From Schmidtea polychroa (Eukaryota): a DNA stretch of 64,000 nt. Each line of letters opens with the position of its first letter. Within the stretch, counting starts at the first letter, position 1. A model generated the notes under the pieces. It saw nothing but the letters and a program-made list of their open reading frames with translations, searched no databases and was not told the origin of the DNA. This document shows, one piece after another, positions 39,131 to 49,473 of this stretch. A program made the position numbers and the translations under genes. The DNA lies in NCBI GenBank assembly GCA_044892525.1, contig CM097886.1, forward strand, positions 136,400,001 through 136,464,000, given 5' to 3'.

Positions 39131-39470
39131 CTGTGGTGGGTTACAGGTAAGCATACATTTTACCCTCTCGTACTGTTTCCAGTGTAACCCAGAATACAAA
39201 CGCTTGCTTTCTCTACTTGATATTCGTTGAGTGATCAACGTTGGTACTGTATCAAGAGGGTGAATGCTCGCAAAAAGTGAGCGCATGATTTGCACTATAA
39301 TTGTCTGCACTCATTGGGTTCACGGACTATCGATAGAAGATATACGCAGGATTTGCTCTGGTCCCTTGACTCTATTGTTTCCCCAAGTTCCATAACTCTT
39401 CCACTCAACTTCATCAAATTAACATGCAACACACTAATACGAAGATACGACAGTTTTATTTACATTCTAA

Positions 39471-39683
39471 TTATATAAACACCTTATTGTTCGCGAGATG
39501 ATTTGGGTGGCGAGATCCTGGTTTGACCGGGCGTCTTTGTTCGGCTAGCCGGAGTCGCTTTAGTCGCTCTCTCCCATCTCGGTTTAGTCTCTTGCGCTTT
39601 GGTTTGCCTGGCCTGGTTGCGTGAATTTCTGTCAGCTCCGTGGATACAGGTCGAATTGCTGCGGTCACGTAATCGTCGATCAC
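39471..39683 (-). CDS. Small Arg/Lys-rich ORF or terminal exon
   Basis: KPKRKRLNRDGRERLKRLRLAEQRR; candidate acceptor actaaatcag| upstream and AATAAA just after the stop. Confidence 0.35.
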   Translation of the reverse strand: MIDDYVTAAIRPVSTELTEIHATRPGKPKRKRLNRDGRERLKRLRLAEQRRPVKPGSRHPNHLANNKVFI

Positions 39684-41061
39684 TCTCTGATTTAGTTAAG
39701 TGCTGGGCTAAGTTTCGAAGGTTGATAGAGTTAAATCGAATACGAGAAAAGGAACCCCATAAAATAAATAAAATAAAATAAAGATAACTCTAACCGAAAT
39801 CCCACTAACATAAAGAGAAATCAAAGAAATCTATTAAAAGAAATCGAAATAAATAATAAAATAATAAAATCCCTAAAAGAAGGAATAAGATAGGAAATGA
39901 GGTACCTGTTACATATAACCGATAGAAGAAAAAATAACGTAATAAAATTTAAGGAAATAAATGAAAATTAAAGAAATAGAGTACAAAATAAAACAATTCC
40001 TTAGTAAAATGTCTACTGAGAATTAAAACAAAATAATACATTAAAAAGAAACAACAAAAAATCAGCAGAGAAATAAGGAAAAACAACCAACATTAATAAA
40101 ATAATAATAAAAACAAAATAAGGTAAATAAAATTTATTAAAAAACAATAAAAAACTACAAAAATAACAATAGATAATAAAATACAGCCTAACTACGTCCT
40201 GATTGGACAAAAATTACTATATAAGTAACGCATAAAATCAGTCGATCACGACTTTTAACAAACCAATACAGGTAAAAATTTTTGTTCTAAGACAACTTTT
40301 AACAAACCAATACAGATTTTAGACCACTCAACCAATACAGACTTCAACAGGACAACTATAGTAACTACAACTCTCAATTTTGAAAATTAGACTACGCATT
40401 TGGAGACCAATCCCTTCAGGAACTACTTTTCGGGAAATAACTCGTACAGTCTGATCTAACTCTATTAACTACGGGAAAATTCACAGTATGGTTTGCAACT
40501 TATTGTTTTATTGTATAATATGTTTACTATTACACTTATTTTAAAAAGAAAAATTGAGATCAATAAAATTTATTAACATTCACAAGTGGTTCTTCTTCAC
40601 GGTACTGGCGACGGTGCGATCTGGAGCCTTCGGTCACATTGCAGAAAATGCCAAAACTGGGATTAGAGTTTCGGGAAATTCCGAAAACGAGTAGAATTAT
40701 GAGATCGAGAATGAGATCAATGAATGGCACATTTATGTTCATCATGACTAGAAAATCCATAAAAATCGAATTATTGGAGATGACAAAAATTGGAATAGTC
40801 AACCCAGAGACATATGGGAGGAGATTGCATAGTGTGAAACGATTGTAGATTTGGTGGAGGCATTGTGATTGAAGGATCCACATGGCATGGTCGCCAGGTA
40901 ATTATTTCTATTGTATTTATTTATTTAGTTTTCTCTTTTTATTACATTTGAGGTTGTGGTGTGTGGATTTGTCCTTCATGACGGTGTGAGAGTGGTGGAG
41001 AAACTCCGTGATGAGATATAGAAAAAGACAATAGTAATTCCAGTTTCATTGAGTGCGATCG

Positions 41062-41248
41062 AAAAGGCATACATCTCAAATATCCTCCATAAGCAGCATA
41101 AACTCCAAATATTTGTCCATGAGAAGCGTATATTTCCAATATTTTCCAGAAAAAAAACATATCTTTCAAACATTTTCCACGAGAAGCGTAGACTTCAGAT
41201 GTTTTCCATGAATAGCATATAATTCTAATAATTTCCATAAAAGGCATC
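41062..41248 (-). repeat. Degenerate ~29-bp tandem repeat, about 6.3 units
   Basis: Minus-strand units of the form (n)ta(t/c)gcttctc-atggaaaat-atttgaa(g/a)t. Confidence 0.7.
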
Positions 41249-42740
41249 GAAGATTTCTATCGTCTAGATATTTCGACATAATCACACAGTCTCCGTTTTC
41301 GTCGTATGGCATAACGAATCAGATGGCATAGGTAAACTCATCTCGTCTAAGGAAAACCATTTGGAAGACCCAACAGTTAGTTGAATTGGAAAAATCCAGA
41401 ATTTTGCAATTGCTGCTTCCTCTGATTTCTGTGCTAGCGGTTGAACCCATCTTTTCACCGAAAATCGAAAATCTGACATCAAAACAGTTTCGTTGATCTG
41501 ATGCTGTCACTGATAAGGTTGATAATCTACACAAAAATCAGAATCGTAATTAGCAGACATAAATATTTACCTTCAATATAAACGCATCTACCAGAATATC
41601 CACATCGACGATGCCTTATCTAGACATCTGCTAGGGCCGATTTTTACTGATCTGCGCTAAACATCTGTCTCGTCGAGCGGGATTACATCAACATGATTTT
41701 TTGTTGCATCATAACATAGATAACAACATCACCTTTGTGCCGATAACGAATCCCGCACACTAACACTAATGGGAGAGCAGATGAATCCTGATAAGAAATT
41801 TTGGAAACAGCGTGGGAAAATTTCGTACGTAGTTATTTCGAGATAACTTGTTCAGCCGACGACATTAGGATAACTAATCTCGTTTCCTTTGGATTTTCTT
41901 CTCGGTTTTCCTCGCATCCACTCGATCATCCGTAGACGCAATATTGTGCGATATTTGTAGCTAGAATTATAATTGTACTAATGAATTTAAGTAACAATTT
42001 TTCGCGACGTTGTGCCCGGCGTTGGCTGATTTTCGACTTATGTAAAGACCGAAAAAAAAATCATTTTTTAGTCCTACCAGAATCTTATTTTCCGCCTTCA
42101 AAATGGGCTGTAGTAAACTGCATCACTACCGTTAATACCCTGTCACCAGCTGCGACTTTCCAAAAAATGAATTGCGTATCTCATACAATTTCCACGACAA
42201 CTACACTACAAATTGTAACGATAATACGAACAAATTTCTACAGTCTTATGACACGTCAAGGGGAAAACATTCTCTAAATATTGACCCGTAAAATTTCGAA
42301 TTATTAGAGGGATTCGGGAATAATTTTTGCAGTTAATTACTTCATCTCGATCAAATCTCTCCCAGTCCCTCATTGTCCTGTTGCTATAACGTATCACATC
42401 TACCCTGGGTAATTCAGCTATGAGTACGATTGAGGTGTAGAGGAATGGGTGAATTAATTTTTTATAAACATAATTAAACGGCATGTATAATCTACCCTCG
42501 CCGGTCCGATTTCGAGCTTAAATTGCAACTGACCAATGAATGTGGCAGTGCGGTGCGTGAAACTGATTTGAATAAATGGGGTTTGCAGGGGAATTCTATT
42601 GGATGTGTCCGAAGGGGTTATAATTTTAGGTGACTTGAAGTGGAGAGCTGTTGACGAAAGTCTGTAAGAGCTATCTTATCGTATAAGAATGTATAAATGG
42701 TTGCTACAAATTATAATAGGGAATTTCCTTTTAATTCTAG

Positions 42741-43463
42741 ATGTCAGTGCCTACCGTTCCCAGCAAAGAACTTCGATCCTGTTTTTCTTGCGCAGACAAG
42801 AACGAGGATATACGAAAGCTGCACATATATATTGGGGCTCTGAAGAAACGTATAGACACATACGAGGGCACGTGGTTCTCCCCGCCACAAATGAAAGAGG
42901 AGCGGACTAAAATCCTACGTTTGGAGCACTGCCGTGACAGTCTCCTGGAAGAGAGCAGATGCCAGCGGCTAACCATCAAGGCCCAATCAGAGGCACTGCA
43001 TAAGGTGTACACGGACGCTGAAGTCGCCAAACGCTTTCGGGAGTACCCAATTCAGGACGGGACCAACGTATTCCCGGTCCATCATCAGGCTTACGGGGCA
43101 TCAATACCCTCAACTAGCTGTCTGGGGCACGGGCCTCAACTGCCGCCCCTTTCTGAACCTATCCTGTCGAGCTCTAGGCCAGCGTCGAGTGGTCCATCGG
43201 TCCACATGCCACATGTAGTACTTCCTTCCCAAAATTTTCAACCCACTACCGATTCTACGTCGTCGATACGGAAACGTAAACGGCCTACGCGATCCGAGAA
43301 GAACCAAAAGCGCCGAAATGCTATCGCTGTCCTTATCGGTCGCACAATCAACCATCAAAGAGATTACCGCCACGCACTCCGTACCTACCAAGGAGATATT
43401 CCGAGTCGTCCCAGCAGGAGGAACAAAGTTCCTAGAAGATCGCCGATTACCAGTGGATATTGA
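42741..43463 (+). CDS. Orphan 240-aa protein (CxxC, coiled-coil, Pro/Ser linker, Arg-rich C-terminus)
   Basis: Long ORF; ATG directly follows the acceptor ttttaattctag|; upstream small exon 42631-42663; AATAAA near 43626. Confidence 0.55.
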   Translation: MSVPTVPSKELRSCFSCADKNEDIRKLHIYIGALKKRIDTYEGTWFSPPQMKEERTKILRLEHCRDSLLEESRCQRLTIKAQSEALHKVYTDAEVAKRFREYPIQDGTNVFPVHHQAYGASIPSTSCLGHGPQLPPLSEPILSSSRPASSGPSVHMPHVVLPSQNFQPTTDSTSSIRKRKRPTRSEKNQKRRNAIAVLIGRTINHQRDYRHALRTYQGDIPSRPSRRNKVPRRSPITSGY

Positions 43464-44943
43464 CGAAATGCTGGCCGAGGGAGAAGTTTTTCCTTGACTC
43501 GCGAATTAAAAGACAGTTACTTGACTCCAGTCGACTCGTTGTGATTTCCGTCATGCTTTATTCGTTTTCTATTTGACTCTTTGTACAGAACTCAGTTGCA
43601 TGTGCCATTATTCTAGCTTACAATAATAAAATTTCTATCTGTGTTTTAGTGTATTCGATTGGGATTGCTATGTAGTATGTATCTGACGAGTGATTGCCTG
43701 ACAGTGAAATTTTCTAGCAAGGTCGTCCCCTTGGACCAGGGTCGCACCAAATTATATGGTTGAATCAGGGTAAGTCCTTCTACGGCACCTTTGAACCCGA
43801 ACTGCGAGTTTGCTAAGAGTAGTCCTAAGGTAGGGGCTCACCTGTTAGTAAATTCCGATCTATGTGCGCAGTACCAACGTGTGACATCGCCACGGGCACA
43901 CATAAGGGAAATTAGCTAAGGTCATCTTGGATATCCAGGGAACCACACGCTGAGCAGACAGGGACAGTTTTATCTTGTTTTAATTTTCTTCCTTACCGGG
44001 TATTCAGCATAAGTCTACAATATACAAAGTTAGAAAGGTTTAATGAGAAAAAAATAAATTCATACATGCAAGTACTGTGCACAAAATTTCTATAATAAAA
44101 ATACACATAGTTGGACAATAATTAAGGGACTCATTTTAAATATAAAAAAGTAATTACGGATATTTTCGAAGAAAATTTTGATGTTTCCACCAACAATTAT
44201 TCCATGCAAACAAATATATAAGTTTTCTTTATTTAATTTATGTTTTGTGATAGAATTTGTGTTATTATTAAAAATTATTGAATTTTACTATGAAAAATTA
44301 TTACAAAAAATGCAAAGAATTAAAAACACGTTTATAAAATTATTATTATAATGAGTTAAATATAATTCAATAATTTCCATATTAATATTTGTAAGACTAT
44401 AGGTCAAAAAATACATAAGGTTCACGATATTTCAGCATAACCTTTGAAATAAGCACTTGATAAGAACTATACCGAAATATCATTAAAGGAGCAAATAAGT
44501 GCAGTGCACGGGGCCATTTCATAAAGTGAGAAAACGGTATTATATATACTGCTACTTGGATTTCTGTGTCCCATTGATATAACTAAACAAAATAAAGCAC
44601 CTTCAATATTTTCCTGCTTCTTTTCACAAAATCGTTGATTACATTGTCGAAGAAATTTTGTTTGTAAGATGGAACTCTAAAATATTATTGCAAGATTTCG
44701 TAACCGCAAGGTATTCATTGTACATTTTAAATAGTTCTTAATTAGTTTAAATTTAGTAAAATGACTACCCCGGAAGGAACACCCTTTTGACCTTTTAGCT
44801 ACACACCTAAGCTAACAATTAGATGAATATAACACGTAACAATTAATTCGTCCATTATGACTCTTAAAAGAATTATAAAATTAAATTTTTGAAATCAGAT
44901 TATTGATAATTAATTAAGTAATTAATTAAATCAATAACATTTC

Positions 44944-46812
44944 ATGAGCAATAAGAAACAAGAACGTATATATAATAAAGACCGAATTCAAAGAATCAAA
45001 GAAGCATCTGAAAAGGCGAAGCAGAATGATCCCAATTGGAAGAATGATGCGCCGGCGAGTATACTCCCTGATGAAGAAGATGATATGCCAATAACACAAA
45101 TGAGAACCCCTCCATTTTTAAAAGAAATGGAAAATAACACTTTAGATCAGGGTGTTGGTTTATCTAAGAAATTAACTCTAAATGAATTAACACAATGCAA
45201 CAAAGATTCCAGTCAACTGCAAGACATAATGAATTCGAGTAATATCCCCAGAAATCAACACAAAAATGAATCAAGATCCGTAAATTTTTTAGAAAAATCT
45301 CGCATGAAAAAAGTAAAGGAAAGAGACGATTTAAATCGACAAACTGCTGAAAGTCTTGATAAGGCTTCAGAAAGATGGCATTATCAATTGAAGGAATATA
45401 ATAAAACTAAAAACACTCAAGATTCAACAGGAGTTAAGTTTTCTCTATTCAGTGATGAAGTTGACGGACATGATAAATCAGAAAAAGAAAGAAATGAAAA
45501 GAGGTTAGGAAACAGACGGGTATCCGGTGATTTCGTAGATAGACTAGATTTGTTACTGCAAAGAGGGACACGTCATTCGAAAATGTTTAGCAATATGAGT
45601 AATCTTCGTAGAATTAATGAAAGGTCTTTTAATCGGTGGTCAGGAAAATTTGATAAATCTTCGTCTATGTGGGACTTGAGATATTCTCTTTTATGTAATA
45701 ATCGTGAAGGAGGAATCCGTAGCAATCATTTTACTCCTGGTTTAAGTTCATTGAAATCTGAATCAAACTTGTTATCCCACAGAAATCCACTCTGCGATTT
45801 ACCTGCAATGCATAACACTGGCTTTCAATATCCCCCGGGTCTTATAAATAATAATGCAAGCATAAATCCCAATTTGAATATCAACCCAAATTTCCAGTAC
45901 CACTCAAACATGGGATTTCCGCAGAACTATAATACCCAAAATTTTAATCAATTCGTACCGAAGCTGAATCAAATTCAAACTCCAATTGCAAATTCTGTAA
46001 ATTTATCACTACCAAATTCTAATTTGCAGCCTTTGATAAATACAAATCAATTTAGTAACCCCTTTGAAGTTCAAATTCAACCCAATCAGCCTCCTTTTCC
46101 TCAAAACGCAATGTGGTCGTTAAATTTCCCCCAACAGTCTTTTCAACAAACATTTCCCAATATGCCAAATAATTATTCCCAAAACTTTTTACCTTCTAAC
46201 CCAGCTGAAATTTGTCTTAAGACCAATGAGCCTATTATTACCAATACCAATTCATCCAGTACTGAAGGAAATAAATCCTTTGAATCGGTCACGCGAAAAA
46301 TTGATATTCTCGTCGAAAAACTAGAGGTTCTCAACTCAACCGTAGACCAATTAAAATCGGCTCAGACACGCCAAACTGAGAACTCTGTAAATAAACCTCA
46401 AAGATATGTCAATGTTTCTTCAGAAGTCGAACGACTTCCAGAGAGTAAAGTAAAGGGTATTTATCGTCCTACAAACAATCCTTGCAATTGTCCAGATTGC
46501 AAAAAAACTCCAGATAATCAACAAATTTGGGTTGATCGAAAAGTGAAGTTTGATTTAATTAGAGAAAATGACAAAGAGAAAAGAATTGAAAGTAAAGAAA
46601 TTGTAGAAGTAGACACCTCAACCAACCTAACCACTACAACTAACAACCCAATCGAGGCCGAACAAAGTTTCACTTATCCGAAAAACTGTCATCCTCGAGC
46701 GGTTCAAAAACAATTTAATCAAAACCTAAGAATATCCGATCAATTCCAGTCTTTTCATTTACCTCCTGAATTGTCCAAAATATTGGAACCGAATATTAGA
46801 AGAAGCAGTTAA
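44944..46812 (+). CDS. Orphan intronless 622-aa protein, mostly disordered (N/Q/P-rich), short coiled coil, CNCPDC motif
   Basis: An uninterrupted 1869-bp ORF in AT-rich DNA is very unlikely by chance. No recognisable domain. Confidence 0.7.
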   Translation: MSNKKQERIYNKDRIQRIKEASEKAKQNDPNWKNDAPASILPDEEDDMPITQMRTPPFLKEMENNTLDQGVGLSKKLTLNELTQCNKDSSQLQDIMNSSNIPRNQHKNESRSVNFLEKSRMKKVKERDDLNRQTAESLDKASERWHYQLKEYNKTKNTQDSTGVKFSLFSDEVDGHDKSEKERNEKRLGNRRVSGDFVDRLDLLLQRGTRHSKMFSNMSNLRRINERSFNRWSGKFDKSSSMWDLRYSLLCNNREGGIRSNHFTPGLSSLKSESNLLSHRNPLCDLPAMHNTGFQYPPGLINNNASINPNLNINPNFQYHSNMGFPQNYNTQNFNQFVPKLNQIQTPIANSVNLSLPNSNLQPLINTNQFSNPFEVQIQPNQPPFPQNAMWSLNFPQQSFQQTFPNMPNNYSQNFLPSNPAEICLKTNEPIITNTNSSSTEGNKSFESVTRKIDILVEKLEVLNSTVDQLKSAQTRQTENSVNKPQRYVNVSSEVERLPESKVKGIYRPTNNPCNCPDCKKTPDNQQIWVDRKVKFDLIRENDKEKRIESKEIVEVDTSTNLTTTTNNPIEAEQSFTYPKNCHPRAVQKQFNQNLRISDQFQSFHLPPELSKILEPNIRRSS

Positions 46813-47094
46813 ATAAAATTTACTTACGAAACGGAAAGTATAAACGGAAACTTAAATAGTCTTTTGTAATTCAGAGTTTTTAACTGATATTAATAGCACA
46901 TTTGAAGTGTCCATATTATTATATTTCAGTATTACATTGTCAAATAAATCCGCACTTGAGAGTGTAACGACATTTAGAAAAAACTTAATTACAATTAGAG
47001 TCAAGGGTTTTTAAGGTCCTCAACTTCTTTTCTTACGTTCGAAAGAATGCTCTAAATATACATAAGTTTGGATACCTAATTTTGTTATAACTCT

Positions 47095-47307
47095 AGCCCC
47101 ATCAAAAGTAATAGAAACGTCTTTAAAAAGGTAACTGAAAGAGTTGCCAATTTTTATCCATTAAATATAGTAAGCGAATGATGTAAGAAAAATAGACCAG
47201 CAGTTATTAACCGGTAAAGTATGCCTCTCCAATGGGTTTAAAGAGCGTGTAACTTCGGTGAGTTGCAGGTAATCCATAGAGACGTTTCTATTACTTTTGA
47301 TGGGGCT
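47095..47307. repeat. Perfect 28-bp inverted repeat with a 157-bp spacer
   Basis: AGCCCCATCAAAAGTAATAGAAACGTCT (47095-47122) / AGACGTTTCTATTACTTTTGATGGGGCT (47280-47307). Confidence 0.9.
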
Positions 47308-47756
47308 CTTTTGTGTTGTTTCCAACGCAACACAGAATACAAAGCCTCACTGCCACTCGACACCCTTCGAATGAACAATGTTGATAATTTTTCGAATGGG
47401 AGAATGTTAGTAAAAAGTGATCTCACTCTGGTGAACTATAATTATCTAATATTTTGATGGGTCTATGGACTATCGATGGAAAATATGTGTCCAATCACGT
47501 TCCTGCCGTTGTTTAACGCTCAGCGGAAAACATAGAAATTGTAAGAAAATTAAATTTTATTAAAAACAAAAATAAAGTATTTTTCGCATTTTTAATAGAT
47601 TTTCAGATGAACATCTGCTGTTCCCAGTTCCAGACTGAAACCCTGCATATTATCGTCAACCGAATGTTTTAAATTAATCAGTAAAACAAGTTTAACAATT
47701 TCATTAGAGTTCTCATCTATTTCGATTTATGTTTAACTACAAATTATTATCATGTT

Positions 47757-47992
47757 CAGTGGCGGCTCGTACTCAAAAATTTTGTGAAAACAAAAAAAAT
47801 TCAAAAACTTTTTTTTATTTATATAAAAACTCAATTCTTCTTGTTTTTCTACAAAATTCTTTAATTACTAAATCATGAAAATTGTCTTTAGTAGCCAACT
47901 TTTTTTAATAAGTTTTTTAAAATTTAAAATAGAATTTCTCAAAATTGAAGTGCAACAATGCTTGCATTGCTTATATGGACGAGCCGCCACTG
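47757..47992. mobile_element. 236-bp hAT-type MITE without a matching TSD
   Basis: Perfect TIR CAGTGGCGGCTCGT/ACGAGCCGCCACTG; flanks atcatgtt and cattaccc differ. Confidence 0.75.
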
Positions 47993-49389
47993 CATTACCC
48001 ACAATATCCGGGACCTCAACATATTCATTCTTGATCATTCACGAGCTACTCGACCTTATATATCTCGTTTCAGGCGTCCACCCATAACCTGTACCATGCC
48101 TTGTGGCTGAATTTTGCCACAAATTGGTAATAATTTGGTAATTTATTTAAATTTAAATAAATTAATTAATATTTAACATACCGAAATATGTATTGCAAGA
48201 AAACCGCTTATTCAATTACGCTTAATTTTTGATTTAAGTATTAATTTAAGTAAAAAAATAAGGGCAAATTAACATTTTATAAATTAAATTAATTATGAAT
48301 TAATAAATATTTCAAAGCTAACTAATAATTTTTTCATTTTCATCTTACATAAAAATGATAAAATTTTCACTAGATCAAAAATTTACAATTTTCTTTAACA
48401 ATTTTCATGCTAAACATTCCATTAGTAGACTTCATCAAGTAAATGAATATGTACCAGTAAATTTTTATTTAACATTTTCCACAAATGGCACAGAAAATTT
48501 GCCGCAGCAGTTTTTGCCCAAATTTTACCCAATTCTATTTATTCATTTAACCAACATAATTCCAAATTCAGAAATTATTCGGCATTTAGAAGTGGATTGA
48601 GTGAATTTTTTTGCAATTCAATCAAAGACANNNNNNNNNNNNNNNNNNNNNNNNNNNNNNNNNNNNNNNNNNNNNNNNNNNNNNNNNNNNNNNNNNNNNN
48701 NNNNNNNNNNNNNNNNNNNNNNNNNNNNNNNNNNNNNNNNNNNNNNNNNNNNNNNNNNNNNNNNNNNNNNNNNNNNNNNNNNNNNNNNNNNNNNNNNNNN
48801 NNNNNNNNNNNNNNNNNNNNNNNNNNNNNNNNNNNNNNNNNNNNNNNNNNNNNNNNNNNNNNNNNNNNNNNNNNNNNNNNNNNNNNNNNNNNNNNNNNNN
48901 NNNNNNNNNNNNNNNNNNNNNNNNNNNNNNNNNNNNNNNNNNNNNNNNNNNNNNNNNNNNNNNNNNNNNNNNNNNNNNNNNNNNNNNNNNNNNNNNTCAT
49001 TATTATCAATCATGGAGTTAAATGATAACCAAGAATAAAATTTCATAAAGGAATGAAGTATACCTTTAATCTCCAAAAATTTTACTTGCTCAAAATTTGT
49101 TCCTCAGCGAACGTTGGTAAAAATAATGATATTAAGCAAGTGGATTCTAAATTTTAAAGACTCGTTTGATAAAAAGAATATTCCCAGTGATAAAATCAAG
49201 TTAAAGTTAAAAAATTTGTTAAGAGGTATTTATGTAATCAAAAAAATACTTAAATCATTAATAATTATTTTCATACATTTTTCAATTTAATTTAATTAAT
49301 CCGGGAGTAAAATATTAGATTTTAATAATTTTTAATATACGGAAATTATTCAAGTTTCTTTTATACAGTCCTCTTTCGATAATTAGAGG

Positions 49390-49390
<1 letters not shown>

Positions 49391-49471
<81 letters not shown>
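49391..49471. repeat. (TA)n microsatellite
   Basis: Direct reading. Confidence 0.95.

Positions 49472-49473
<2 letters not shown>

Larger units (their letters stand above)
39183..47700. other. GC-enriched island with orphan ORFs; possibly a giant LTR-retroelement or viral-type fragment
   Basis: Visibly higher GC and CpG than the flanks; lacks microsatellites and MITEs; begins TGTAACCC. No RT, integrase or capsid motif recognised. Confidence 0.4.

Noticed and set aside
39183-39913. A 730-bp TGTAAC...GTTACA LTR
   Set aside because: No matching TSD, no recognisable tRNA PBS and no polypurine tract on either side.
41062-41248. CRISPR-like array
   Set aside because: Units are contiguous degenerate repeats without unique spacers; eukaryotic context; no cas genes.
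43682-43710. CTGACGAG...GAAA as a hammerhead ribozyme
   Set aside because: The intervening sequence cannot form helix II and no helix I/III pairing is evident.
43800-43830. AAGAGTAGTCC resembling the group I intron S element
   Set aside because: No upstream GACTA-type R element to form P7, and no P/Q elements.
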